DNA from: Patescibacteria group bacterium
GTDB lineage: Bacteria; Bacteroidota; Ignavibacteria; Kapaibacteriales; Kapaibacteriaceae
Length of the DNA stretch: 64,000 bases
Direction: 5' to 3'
Assembly (NCBI GenBank): GCA_044376225.1
Contig: JBILLF010000003.1
Coordinates: 2,754 to 66,753 of the forward strand
Part shown: positions 43,766-53,859 of the stretch, in pieces
How the letters are laid out: every line of letters starts with the position of its first letter
How positions within the stretch are numbered: the stretch's first letter is position 1
Position numbers and translations under genes: made by a program
The notes under the pieces: model-generated
Database searches by the model: none
What the model was told of the DNA's origin: nothing
The model's input: only the letters and a program-made list of their open reading frames with translations

Positions 43766-45125
43766 CGCATCACTGCTGCCCGTGATTGCCCTGCCGGCCA
43801 TTGCCAGCGCACTTGGCTTCTTTGCCCTGCTCATTTCACGTCCTCGCATTTGGCTATCACTATTCATGGCCACAGTGCCATTCTTTGCCACTGACACCGG
43901 TCAGGGACTTACTGCGTCCGAGGCGATCACCGGTGGCATTCTCCTTTCCAGCATATCGCTGTGGTTTGTCTGGCACCTTGCGTCCGACAAAGGGCCACTC
44001 CTTCGGTCTTGGGCAGACTTTCTTCTAGTCAGCTTCATCATCGTGGCCGTCCTCAACCTGGCGGTTGCTATGGCCAACAAGCTAGAGTTCTTTGGTTGGG
44101 CCGTTGACTGGTCATACTTCATTCTCATGCTCTATTACTTCCCCCTTCGGGAAGAATTCGGCAAGGATATACCTTCACTGCGCACGTTCTTGGGCATTAT
44201 CGGGTTGATAAGCCTGATCATGTCAGTACAGAGTGCCTTGAACTTCAAGAACCGTCTTGCTGAGAACTTGGTCTATGCCTATCAGATCGTAGCATCACGC
44301 TCGACACTACTTGGCCCCTTTTTTCTCCTCGCCGTATGCATTTCAGTGGTGCTTGCTGTTTCTGCTGAGGAGCGCCGGACAAAGATTCTAGCCTACGGAA
44401 TACTGATGGCCAATCTCGGCGCATTGGCTCTGACGTTTACACGGACGATCTGGGTCTTTGCAGTTGCCTGCATCGGACTTTCAATGCTCTTTCTGCGTCT
44501 GCGCAGTAATGTCCGCATCGTCGTCAGTATGACACTGATCGGAATTGTAGCCTTTGCAGCTGCCTATGTGTATAATCCACGTATCACCAATGTGATCGTG
44601 GCAATGGTAAAGACGCGATTTGCCTCATCGACGCAGTTCTCTGGTGGAGACCACTCCTTTGAAACGCGCATTATCGAAGTCACGGACGTTCTGCGTAAAG
44701 TAAAACAGGCCCCCTTGGGCGGACACGGGCTGCGGGCAACCTTCGTTACGTGGGCACCTATCGATCAGGCGCACCATATCACATCCTACGTACATATCGG
44801 ATACGTCGGCCTGGTTCACAAACTCGGTTTGCCGACGGCACTGCTGATGTTTGCTGTGATCATCATTTTCGGATACCGTAGCCTGCGCGTTGCATGGCTA
44901 TCACGCGCACACGGGGTTGATATCGGACTACGTGCCCTGGCTGTGGGAACCTTTGTCTATTATCCTGCCATGCTTGCCGTGATCTTCATGTCAGGGATGT
45001 TCGATCAGCGCCACGGCAATGCACTCTTTGCGTTTATGTTCGCTTCCATAGCTATGTGTGAGGGTCTCCTTCCGAAGTCAGACAACATGTCCCTTCGGCA
45101 TAATGTTGTGCAGGAGGATGTGTGA
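43758..45125 (+). CDS. O-antigen ligase/polymerase-like (Wzy_C family) membrane protein
   Basis: Polytopic. FTRTIWVFAVACIGLSMLFL is followed by a loop ETRIIEVTDVLRKVKQAPLGGHGLRATF...AHHITSYVHIGYVGLVHKLGLP, matching the Wzy_C pattern. Confidence 0.65.
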   Translation: MPDASLLPVIALPAIASALGFFALLISRPRIWLSLFMATVPFFATDTGQGLTASEAITGGILLSSISLWFVWHLASDKGPLLRSWADFLLVSFIIVAVLNLAVAMANKLEFFGWAVDWSYFILMLYYFPLREEFGKDIPSLRTFLGIIGLISLIMSVQSALNFKNRLAENLVYAYQIVASRSTLLGPFFLLAVCISVVLAVSAEERRTKILAYGILMANLGALALTFTRTIWVFAVACIGLSMLFLRLRSNVRIVVSMTLIGIVAFAAAYVYNPRITNVIVAMVKTRFASSTQFSGGDHSFETRIIEVTDVLRKVKQAPLGGHGLRATFVTWAPIDQAHHITSYVHIGYVGLVHKLGLPTALLMFAVIIIFGYRSLRVAWLSRAHGVDIGLRALAVGTFVYYPAMLAVIFMSGMFDQRHGNALFAFMFASIAMCEGLLPKSDNMSLRHNVVQEDV

Positions 45126-47083
45126 GTTTCAAACACCTCGACTCTCAATTCGGATCCGAGGAGCGATTCCGGATCTTCCGAATCGCGGCGATGGTGATCT
45201 GCATAGTCTTTGCATCTCGCTTGGGCTGGCTGCAGATTATCCAGGGCAACCGCTACAAGTTGAAGGCTGAATCGCAGGCGATCAAGCAGATCTCGACTGA
45301 GCCATTTCGCGGAATGATCTTCGATCGCAACGGACGGGCAATCGTTCAAAATGCTCCGGGATTCTCAATCACTGTCACACCGTACGAATTCACCAGACAA
45401 GCTAGTCTGCGTCTGGCGGCGATCCTTGGTGTAGAGGACAGTCTCGTCTGGCGTGAAGCCCAGCGTGCGGCGCGCTTTAACAAGTTCGCAGCCACGAAAC
45501 TCAGTTATGGTCGTGATGTGTCTTTCGACATCGTGTCAATGATCGAAGAGCTTCGAGACTCACTTCCCGGTGTGGAGTTGATCATCGACCCGAAGCGGCT
45601 CTATGCTTTCGATGGTAATGCATCACACCTGCTCGGTTTTACACGAGAAGTTGCTGAGTGGGAGCTCAAAGAACTAGGTGATGCCTATGCTCCTGGAGAT
45701 GTCACGGGTAAGGCCGGCCTTGAAAAGTCCTACGAGGCGGCAATCCGTGGTCAAAAGGGACTGCAGTTTGTAGCTGTCAATAAGAACGGTCAGAAGGTAG
45801 AGAGCTTCAATGACGGCAAGAGTGATACGCCAGGACTCGAAGGTGACGACCTCTATCTCGGCATCGATACGGATCTACAGGAATTGGCTGAAAAGCTTCT
45901 TCAAGGGGCGCGCGGATCAGTTGTAGCCCTCGATCCTACGAATGGAGAGATCCTTTGTTATGCAAGTAAGCCGGACTTTGACTTACGCAAATTCACAGGA
46001 AAGACCGCCCGGTCATACTACAATGAGCTGGCAAGTGACCCATCGATTCCTATGTTCAACCGTGCGTCCAATTCGATGTACCATCCAGGTTCGACGTGGA
46101 AGCCCCTCATGACACTTATGGCCTTGCAGGAAGGCGTCATCACACCCAAGACAAAGCTCCCCTGTCAGGGCGGCTACAGCTTCGGTAATCGGTTCGCCCT
46201 TTGCCACGGTGGTGTACACGGTATGATTGACTGCTCATTTGCACTCCAGGTTTCTTGTAACTCCTTCTACTACCAGCTCGGTCTTAAAATGGGTGCAGAG
46301 CGGTTTTACAAATACGGAGCGATGTTTGGGTTCGGTGCCCGTACGAAAGTCGATATACCGTCCGGCGAAGATGGTCGTGGAGTTCTACCGTCACGTCCCT
46401 ACATGGATCGTGTGTATGGTCCTAAGAATTGGACTTCGTACGCCTTCATGAACTGGGGGATCGGTCAGGGCGAGGTAAACGTTACCCCACTGCAGCTCGT
46501 AGCATACACGGCGGCGATTGCCAACGGCGGCACGTGGCATCAACCCCATGCCGTGAGAGCTATCTACAGTAAGACTCTTCATCGGCGTAATACGATCGCC
46601 TATGAATCGCGCCCAATCCCGATCAACAAGGAGTATTTCGATATTGTTAAGCAGGCGATGCGATTGGTCGTCAGCAGTGGAACTGCGCGTGGCGCAGATC
46701 TCCCTGGGCTTGAAGTTTGCGGAAAGACTGGCACTGCTCAGACCTCAGGGGGCAAACAGGACCAGTCGTGGTTCATCTGTTTCGCCCCGAAGGATAACCC
46801 GAAGATTGCCATGGTCGTTACAGGCGAAGGCAAGGGCTTTGGTGCACAATTCGCCGTACCGATTGCCCAGAAACTCCTAGATCTGTATTTCAACCGTCGA
46901 TGGCCAGCCGATGTCGGGAGAGATTCAACTTGGCTGCGAAAACCTGGTATCACACCGCAATCACAACCGGCAAAGGATTCTGCACCGGATCCCCATGGAC
47001 CGTTTGCCGTTGCGGAGCCCCTTCGCAGTGTCGCTAGAAAGTCGGAGGCTACCGAGATCCTTTCGACCTCTCATTCACGTTGA
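45122..47083 (+). CDS. mrdA: Penicillin-binding protein 2 (elongation-type class B transpeptidase)
   Basis: SxxK (GSTWKP), SxN (SCNSFY) and KTG (GKTGTA) motifs are present. The N-terminal TM plus LGWLQIIQGNRYKLKAESQ is typical of PBP2. The GTG start overlaps the upstream stop by 4 nt. Confidence 0.9.
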   Translation: MSFKHLDSQFGSEERFRIFRIAAMVICIVFASRLGWLQIIQGNRYKLKAESQAIKQISTEPFRGMIFDRNGRAIVQNAPGFSITVTPYEFTRQASLRLAAILGVEDSLVWREAQRAARFNKFAATKLSYGRDVSFDIVSMIEELRDSLPGVELIIDPKRLYAFDGNASHLLGFTREVAEWELKELGDAYAPGDVTGKAGLEKSYEAAIRGQKGLQFVAVNKNGQKVESFNDGKSDTPGLEGDDLYLGIDTDLQELAEKLLQGARGSVVALDPTNGEILCYASKPDFDLRKFTGKTARSYYNELASDPSIPMFNRASNSMYHPGSTWKPLMTLMALQEGVITPKTKLPCQGGYSFGNRFALCHGGVHGMIDCSFALQVSCNSFYYQLGLKMGAERFYKYGAMFGFGARTKVDIPSGEDGRGVLPSRPYMDRVYGPKNWTSYAFMNWGIGQGEVNVTPLQLVAYTAAIANGGTWHQPHAVRAIYSKTLHRRNTIAYESRPIPINKEYFDIVKQAMRLVVSSGTARGADLPGLEVCGKTGTAQTSGGKQDQSWFICFAPKDNPKIAMVVTGEGKGFGAQFAVPIAQKLLDLYFNRRWPADVGRDSTWLRKPGITPQSQPAKDSAPDPHGPFAVAEPLRSVARKSEATEILSTSHSR

Positions 47084-48192
47084 TGACTTCCATGATACGG
47101 TCATTGAGGTCGCGCCATCATATCGCGATACTGGTCACGTGGCTCCTCTGTCTGTTTGCAGGCTGCAGTAATGATGACGGGAGGACGGTCGTTCGGTTCT
47201 GGCATTTCTGGTCTGAACCACGACAACGAGCAGTGGTGGACTCGTTGATCACTGAGTTTGAACGACGTCATCCTGGCCTACAAGTTGAGACCACCGTTCT
47301 GAGCTGGGCCGACGGCAAATCAAAACTCCAATTGGCGTTCAATGCCGGTACACAACCTGACGTGGTTCATCTCGGCGGTGACTGGTTTGCTGAGTATGAC
47401 AGTGCCGACCTTTTTGAACAGACGTCGGAGGAACACGGAATGGACTATGGTAATCGAGCGTTGAGGTGGCTCGTCAACGCACGGGCACTTGTCTATGACA
47501 TACGACGCTCGACAGGTCTGCCAATCGGTGGACTCTGCGTGTCAGACCCTCACAATGTGATCAAACGCGTCCTGCCACTGCTCTGGCTCAATGGAAGTCG
47601 TCTCTACCAGCGATTACCGATCTCCCACGACCTGACGGATTCTCTTGCTGGATCAATCTGGACGGTCGTCACGTCTTCGCCAACAGCCATCCGTGACCGT
47701 TCTCGCCAACTTGATGAGCAGCTTCTGCGCGGCCAGATAGGCTCGGTCCTTACCGGTGCATGGATCGTTGATCTGGCTCGCCAACAGAAGAACTCATCCC
47801 TCCGCGTACAACCACTACCGTCGATCCTGAATACTGATGTGCTTGCTGTAAGCAAGGCATCTAAATCCAAGAACGCCGCGAAAGGCCTTGTTTCATTTCT
47901 CTGTCAGTATGAAAACGCCCGTGCGTTCTGTCTTTCGGTAAGCGATGCCGGCTTCCCTGCTGATCTTTGGACCGCCTCTCAGGATTCCGTGTTCTTAAGG
48001 GATTCTCTCCAACACGGATTTCTGCAGACTGCAATGGTTTCCAAGCCCCTTGTTCACTCGTCTACACTTCTGCGTGTTGAGCCCATCATCGAGGACATGA
48101 TTGAACGGTGCTATGCAGCCAACAGCAAAGAACAAGTTGCTGCATATGTCAGGAGCGCTCGAGAAAAAGTGTTGCTGGCTGAATCACGCTGA
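47083..48192 (+). CDS. Extracellular solute-binding lipoprotein (ABC-type, family 1-like) with no adjacent permease or ATPase genes
   Basis: Lipobox LFAGC. VVRFWHFWSEPRQRAVVDSLITEFERRHPGLQVETTVLSWADGKSKLQLAFNAGTQPDVVHLGGDWFAEY is typical of sugar-type SBPs. The ATG shares one nucleotide with the mrdA TGA. Confidence 0.7.
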   Translation: MTSMIRSLRSRHHIAILVTWLLCLFAGCSNDDGRTVVRFWHFWSEPRQRAVVDSLITEFERRHPGLQVETTVLSWADGKSKLQLAFNAGTQPDVVHLGGDWFAEYDSADLFEQTSEEHGMDYGNRALRWLVNARALVYDIRRSTGLPIGGLCVSDPHNVIKRVLPLLWLNGSRLYQRLPISHDLTDSLAGSIWTVVTSSPTAIRDRSRQLDEQLLRGQIGSVLTGAWIVDLARQQKNSSLRVQPLPSILNTDVLAVSKASKSKNAAKGLVSFLCQYENARAFCLSVSDAGFPADLWTASQDSVFLRDSLQHGFLQTAMVSKPLVHSSTLLRVEPIIEDMIERCYAANSKEQVAAYVRSAREKVLLAESR

Positions 48193-48633
48193 TTCAAGCA
48201 GCCGCTTTGTCGCGGCTTGGCGATAGCTGAACATCTCTTCGACCTGACGCCGGATTACGAGCGTATTGGCAATCCTGCCAAGGAAGCCGAACGGAGTCTC
48301 ATACTCGACGATATCTGTCAGCTCGGTCTTGCCATTCACCGTTTGCAACCGCCTGGTCTGCTTCCAGGATGCGAAGGGTCCACGAACCTGCTCATCGACC
48401 ATGAGTACAGGGGGCTGATACTCCGTGATCTTAACGTGCCAGCGCATCACGAAGAACAGGAACTGGCGGATCTTGAGCGTGACCTCATAACCAAGACCAG
48501 GACTGCCCATCGTTTCGATCGTGACCTTGATGTTTGGAGGCGTAATCTTGAGTAGGTTTTGAGTGTCGTCGTGAAAATGAAACACCCTCTCGATGGGGGC
48601 GTCAATTACAACTGTTCGCTCAATGCGTTCCAT
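48184..48633 (-). CDS. SRPBCC (cyclase/dehydrase-like) family protein
   Basis: IERTVVIDAPIERVFHFHDDTQNLLKITPP..., with a length and pattern typical of SRPBCC. Confidence 0.65.
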   Translation of the reverse strand: MERIERTVVIDAPIERVFHFHDDTQNLLKITPPNIKVTIETMGSPGLGYEVTLKIRQFLFFVMRWHVKITEYQPPVLMVDEQVRGPFASWKQTRRLQTVNGKTELTDIVEYETPFGFLGRIANTLVIRRQVEEMFSYRQAATKRLLESA

Positions 48634-49178
48634 TTATGTGCCATGCGGAGCATGGATTCTTCAGTGGTGTAGTGATCGATCGATAAGACCGGTACCCATG
48701 CAAGGTCATGTGATTCTGCGCTTACGACGTGACGGGTATGTCCGGCATGGACAACATAACGCACATCATAGTGTAGATGTTCCGAATCCGACTGCCGTGC
48801 TGGGATGACGTGGATGTCAAGATCGAAGATCTCTGGCAACAACAACGTTACGTCCTCGATTCCTGATTCTTCCCTCGCCTCGGTCAATGCCACAGCAACC
48901 AGATCGTGATTGCCGTCGGCATGTCCGCCCAGCTGCAGCCACTTGTTGAGTTTACGATGGTGGGTCAGCAGTGTATGGGTGCGTCTCTTGTCAACGACCC
49001 ACGCCGAGGCCGTAACGTGACCTTCGATGGTTGTACGCTCGAAACAACCTGCTTCACGCGCGACAAACTCTCTGAATCGACGCACCATGTTGGATTCCTC
49101 CGGATGGCGAATATGATACTGGTCCAAAGCGTGCAGCAGCGGACCCCGCACGCCGACATCTTCCCTATCTTGCTGCAT
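48606..49178 (-). CDS. NUDIX hydrolase
   Basis: Nudix box region GGHADGNHDLVAVALTEAREESGIED. The start is uncertain (ATG at 49178 or GTG at 49151). Confidence 0.8.
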   Translation of the reverse strand: MQQDREDVGVRGPLLHALDQYHIRHPEESNMVRRFREFVAREAGCFERTTIEGHVTASAWVVDKRRTHTLLTHHRKLNKWLQLGGHADGNHDLVAVALTEAREESGIEDVTLLLPEIFDLDIHVIPARQSDSEHLHYDVRYVVHAGHTRHVVSAESHDLAWVPVLSIDHYTTEESMLRMAHKWNALSEQL

Positions 49179-49956
49179 GTCACGATTCCGTTTTACAGTT
49201 GAGTACGAAGGTACGCGCTATTCTGGTTGGCAGGTTCAGAAGAACGCCCGCACGGTTCAGGGTGAGATCATCGGCGCGTTACGACAGGTCCTTGGGGGCG
49301 ATGATTTCGAGTTCATGGGATCGGGTCGCACAGACGCTGGTGTTCATGCCATCGGGCAGGTAGCTCACCTTGAGGCCAGAACAACGCTGGCTCCACACAT
49401 CCTACGCATGAAGGTCAACGACCTACTACCAGCAGACGTCAACATCATTGATGTCAACCGCGCTGCCCCGAAGTTTCATGCCAGGCACCATGCTATATCT
49501 CGATCCTACCTCTACCAGATCTGTCAGCGCCGCACAGCATTTGGTAAGCGCTACGTTTGGTGGGTTAAGGATGAACTTGATACAGAGGCCATGACCGCCG
49601 CGTGCAGCATTTTTGAAGGGTTCCATGACTTCCGATCATTCACCCAGGATGATCCAGAGGCAAAGTCTACGACCGTCGAACTTGAGTTATGTCGGTTGCA
49701 TGTTGACGGTCCACTGATCCTGATCAATATCAGGGGTTCCCACTTCCTGTGGCGCATGGTCCGGCAAATGGTCGGAATGATCGTGGAGTGCGGAAGGGGC
49801 GCGATCAGACCTGAATCGATTAGTGAACTTTTGCACAGTCAGTCGTCATTACCAGCTACGAAGACTGCACCGCCGTCGGGTCTCTTTCTTCATCACGTCC
49901 AGTATGACCATGAGGAGATCCGTCCTGAAATTTCACCATTGATAATGATCCGATGA
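49177..49956 (+). CDS. truA: tRNA pseudouridine(38-40) synthase
   Basis: [18 protein letters not shown] and the catalytic motif [17 protein letters not shown]. Confidence 0.92.
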   Translation: MSRFRFTVEYEGTRYSGWQVQKNARTVQGEIIGALRQVLGGDDFEFMGSGRTDAGVHAIGQVAHLEARTTLAPHILRMKVNDLLPADVNIIDVNRAAPKFHARHHAISRSYLYQICQRRTAFGKRYVWWVKDELDTEAMTAACSIFEGFHDFRSFTQDDPEAKSTTVELELCRLHVDGPLILINIRGSHFLWRMVRQMVGMIVECGRGAIRPESISELLHSQSSLPATKTAPPSGLFLHHVQYDHEEIRPEISPLIMIR

Positions 49957-50471
49957 ATACGCTGACTCTTGGATTGATCCTGGCCATTTCTCTGGCCTGC
50001 ACGCCCCCTGCTCAACAGAGCCATGGTTCGCGCCCCGTTACGATCTACTCTACGACAACAAAGAAGGCAACCCCGATGAATCGCATTGAAAAGACTGATG
50101 AAGATTGGCGCAAGGAACTATCGGAGGAAGAGTTCCGCATTGCCCGAAAGAAAGGGACTGAGCGAGCTTTCACTGGAAAGTACTGGGACCACCATGAACA
50201 GGGCGTGTATGTCTGTCGGTGTTGCGGGACCGAACTCTTCGACAGTCAGACCAAGTATGAATCTGGTAGTGGCTGGCCATCCTTCTATGCTCCTGTCGCA
50301 AAAACCAACGTCGACCTCCACCAGGACAAGTCTCTGATGATGGAACGCACGGAGGTCACCTGCGCCCGCTGCGGAGCCCACCTCGGACACGTCTTTGATG
50401 ACGGTCCGCGTCCGACGGGACTCCGCTACTGTATCAATAGCGCCTCACTTGGGTTCGCTAAGGACAAATGA
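49953..50471 (+). CDS. msrB: Peptide-methionine (R)-S-oxide reductase MsrB with an N-terminal lipoprotein-type signal
   Basis: Two CxxC pairs ([16 protein letters not shown]), GSGWPSF and the catalytic RYCINS. The N-terminus [16 protein letters not shown] has a lipobox. Confidence 0.92.
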   Translation: MNTLTLGLILAISLACTPPAQQSHGSRPVTIYSTTTKKATPMNRIEKTDEDWRKELSEEEFRIARKKGTERAFTGKYWDHHEQGVYVCRCCGTELFDSQTKYESGSGWPSFYAPVAKTNVDLHQDKSLMMERTEVTCARCGAHLGHVFDDGPRPTGLRYCINSASLGFAKDK

Positions 50472-50487
50472 CGATTGCGATTAAGGG

Positions 50488-53400
50488 TCATGCCCGGGCT
50501 GCACGCTGACGCCGGATCGCGCGTATCATTGAGCGACGTGTGTACAGGAAGTACATGCACGGGACTACAACCAGCGTAAGAAACGTCGAAAAGCCAAGTC
50601 CAAAGACGATCGACCAGGCAAGAGGTCCCCAAAAGGCGACACTGTCCGAGCCGATATGAACATGCGGATTACGGAGATTGATCAGCTCCCAGAAGTCGAC
50701 GTTTAGACCGATTGCCAACGGCACCAAACCGAGAATCGTTGCACCTGCGGTCAGGACCACCGGATTGAATCGTATAGCACCGCCCTCAATGACGGCTTTA
50801 CGAAGTCTCCACCCCTGTGATAAGAGCACATCGGTGAAGTCCAAAAGCACAATGCCGTTTCGAACAACGATCCCGCCAAGTGCAACAATTCCGACACCGG
50901 TGATCGCAACCGAGAATGTCATCTGGAAAGCGATGAATCCGAGCAGCACGCCAATCAAACTGAACAGTACCGTGACCATGACGAGAAGGGGCTTGCCCAC
51001 CGAATTGAACTGCGTGACCATGATCAGGAAGATCAGAAGCGCGGCAACAAGGAAGGCAAAACCGAGGAAGCTTGCGCTCTCCTGCTGCTCCTCCTGTGCA
51101 CCGGTCTGCTTGACGGTATATCCCTCTGGGAGGTTATACCCCTTGAGTGCCTGACGGATACCAGCATTGACCTCGTTCTCGTTAAAACCCTGCAGTAGAT
51201 TAGAAGAGAGCGTGACTACTCGACGCTGGTTCTTGCGATTAATGCCCGCATACGTTGACGTGTACTCAAGGTGCGCTATAGAAGCCATCGGTACCTGACG
51301 GTAACGTCCCGTGCTCATATCCATGAAGGATACCGGCTGATTCATAAGTGCCTCGGCGTTCGTTCGCACGCGCTCCATCGAACGGATCTGCACTGGATAC
51401 TCCTCTTCTCCCGCGCGGTACTTTGTTGCCTCTGCCCCATACATACTGTTGCGCAGCAAAAGACCAACCTGAACAGTGCTAACACCTTCAGCATTGGCTT
51501 TTTCACGATCCACGACAACAGCCAGTTCCGGTTTGTTGCGCACGAGGTCGCTCTTCAGTCGCTCAAGTCCAGCGATCTTCACTGTATCAACAAGGTAGCG
51601 TTGTACTTGATCAGATAGCCTAATGAGCGTCTCGAAATCATCGCCAGCGATCTCGATATTGACAGGCTTACCAGTCGGTGGTCCGCCGGATTCCTGGTCC
51701 ACTACGATTTCTACACCAGGCATGTCGCTCAGGGCATCTCGGAATGCCACCAGATAGTCTGATGTGCTTTTGCCTCCTCGCTTCTGATACTCAACGAATG
51801 CGACTGTGACCTTGCCCTTGTGCGGCGTTACAGTACGATCAGGATTACGGGGATCTCCTGCACCAAGGCCAACATTGGAGATGACGGACTTGACGAGAGG
51901 ATTTGACTGACCCAGCACCTTCTGAACACGTTTCTCTACGACACGGACGGTGCTATCCGTTTCAATCGCATCGGTACCGATCGGCAGCTGAACGTAGATG
52001 TACGCGTAGTTGGGTTCGCCGCTTGGGAAGAACGTAACCTTTGGTCCGGCGACGACCATCAACATAAAAGAGATGATGAGAAGAACGACCATTGATCCGA
52101 TCACAGCCCATGGACGACGGCCGCGCAAAGACCACTTCAATAGCCCCCGATACCCCGCCATGATGGCCGGAAGGGTTTTCTGCTGAAAACGGTGGATGAT
52201 GCGTGGCGTCAGATAGCGTCGATTCAGATACCAGAACGCCAGCGTGAAAAGTGAAAGAGTGGTGAGCCAAAGCTGGCCGCTGACGATCCCCAAAGCAGCA
52301 AGAAGCCCCACACAGCCACCGGTGATCAGCAGACGACGCTTTGTCATATCCACCGGCTTGCGATCCATGAAATCGACAGCGAAGACCGGATTCATGATAT
52401 AGGCAACAATGAGCGATGCCGTAAGCGTTATGATAAGGACTGAGGGCAGGTAGAACATGAACTCGCCCACAATTCCCGGCCAGAAGAGCAGCGGGAAGAA
52501 CGGCGCAAGCGTAGTGAGCGTACCTGCAACCACAGGAGCAAACACCTCGGCTGCAGCATACTTCGTTGCGGTCTTTATGTCGATGTCACTCTTGGTGTGC
52601 AGGCGGTGGGTATTCTCAATCACAACGATGGCATCATCGACAACGATGCCCAAGGCAAGCAAAAATCCGAACGTCACCACGATGTTGAAGGTGAAGTCAA
52701 AACTTGGCATGATAAGAAATGCCATGAACGACGAAAGGGGCGTTGCCAGACCCACGAACAGTGCGTTTTGGACACCCATGAAGAACATCAACACGATGGT
52801 AACCAGCAGAAAGCCAATGACGATCGTGTTGATCAGATCCGCCAGGTTGATACGTGTCGCCGTGGACTGATCGTTTGTGATCGTGACCTTTACAGTAGCC
52901 GGAAGTCGCTTTGCCGAGTAGTCAGTAACGATCTCCTGGATCTTGTCCGATGCAGCAATGAGATTCTCCCCTGCCTTCTTCAGAACGGCTAGCGTAACCA
53001 CTTCCTTTCCGTCTAGACGGGCAAAGCTCTGCTGCTCCTTGGTAGTCTCGGTTACCGTTGCGAAATCCCGCACATAAGCCGTAACACCTCTGAAGCTGCG
53101 AACGACAACATTCCGTATCTGCTCAACGGATGTAAACTCTCCACTTACTTGCAGATTGCGACGTACCCCCGAGGTAAGTAACTCGCCACCCGAGATGTTC
53201 ACATTCTCCGATTGAATAGCGCGGGACACGTCATCAAAAGACAGTCCAAGCGCCTGTAGACGGTAGGCATCGACATCGATACGAATCTCCTTGTCGAGAG
53301 CACCAATGACGTCCACACGACGGATCTCTGGGAGGGACTCCAGTTTGTCCTGCAGTTCATCGGCGTACGACTTCAACGCCGCTAGGCCTACACTTCCCGA

Positions 53401-53850
53401 AATGTTGATGTTCATGATCGGAAACTCCGAGAAGTCAATCTCGGCAACCTGCGGTTCTTTAGTTAGCTGATTAGGAAGCTCAGAGCGGGCACGGTCAACA
53501 GCATCGGTGATGCGCTGCTTCGCTACAACGGGATCAATGTCCGTGGTGAACTCCACAACGACGATCGAAGCATCCTGAATGCTGTTACTTGTGACCTTCT
53601 TTACATCTGCAACAGACTTGATCTGCTTCTCGATCGGACGGGTAATGAGATTTTCGATATCCGTTGGAGACGTTCCTGCGTTGATCGTCGAGACGAGGAT
53701 AGTCGGCACAACGATATCTGGGAATTGCTCCTTCGGCAGACGGATGTACGTGAGAATGCCTAGGACACTGATGATGACCATCAGTACATAGACCGTCGTT
53801 CGGTTTTCAACGGCCCAGGCCGTTATGGGAAAGCTCTTGTGGTGTTCCAT
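50488..53850 (-). CDS. RND-family efflux transporter permease (AcrB-like)
   Basis: 1120 aa with an N-terminus typical of AcrB-type pumps (WAVENRTTVYVLMVIISVLGILTYIRLPKEQFPDI). It has two large periplasmic loops and a 12-TM layout. Confidence 0.92.
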   Translation of the reverse strand: MEHHKSFPITAWAVENRTTVYVLMVIISVLGILTYIRLPKEQFPDIVVPTILVSTINAGTSPTDIENLITRPIEKQIKSVADVKKVTSNSIQDASIVVVEFTTDIDPVVAKQRITDAVDRARSELPNQLTKEPQVAEIDFSEFPIMNINISGSVGLAALKSYADELQDKLESLPEIRRVDVIGALDKEIRIDVDAYRLQALGLSFDDVSRAIQSENVNISGGELLTSGVRRNLQVSGEFTSVEQIRNVVVRSFRGVTAYVRDFATVTETTKEQQSFARLDGKEVVTLAVLKKAGENLIAASDKIQEIVTDYSAKRLPATVKVTITNDQSTATRINLADLINTIVIGFLLVTIVLMFFMGVQNALFVGLATPLSSFMAFLIMPSFDFTFNIVVTFGFLLALGIVVDDAIVVIENTHRLHTKSDIDIKTATKYAAAEVFAPVVAGTLTTLAPFFPLLFWPGIVGEFMFYLPSVLIITLTASLIVAYIMNPVFAVDFMDRKPVDMTKRRLLITGGCVGLLAALGIVSGQLWLTTLSLFTLAFWYLNRRYLTPRIIHRFQQKTLPAIMAGYRGLLKWSLRGRRPWAVIGSMVVLLIISFMLMVVAGPKVTFFPSGEPNYAYIYVQLPIGTDAIETDSTVRVVEKRVQKVLGQSNPLVKSVISNVGLGAGDPRNPDRTVTPHKGKVTVAFVEYQKRGGKSTSDYLVAFRDALSDMPGVEIVVDQESGGPPTGKPVNIEIAGDDFETLIRLSDQVQRYLVDTVKIAGLERLKSDLVRNKPELAVVVDREKANAEGVSTVQVGLLLRNSMYGAEATKYRAGEEEYPVQIRSMERVRTNAEALMNQPVSFMDMSTGRYRQVPMASIAHLEYTSTYAGINRKNQRRVVTLSSNLLQGFNENEVNAGIRQALKGYNLPEGYTVKQTGAQEEQQESASFLGFAFLVAALLIFLIMVTQFNSVGKPLLVMVTVLFSLIGVLLGFIAFQMTFSVAITGVGIVALGGIVVRNGIVLLDFTDVLLSQGWRLRKAVIEGGAIRFNPVVLTAGATILGLVPLAIGLNVDFWELINLRNPHVHIGSDSVAFWGPLAWSIVFGLGFSTFLTLVVVPCMYFLYTRRSMIRAIRRQRAARA

Positions 53851-53859
53851 GGTTCAGGC

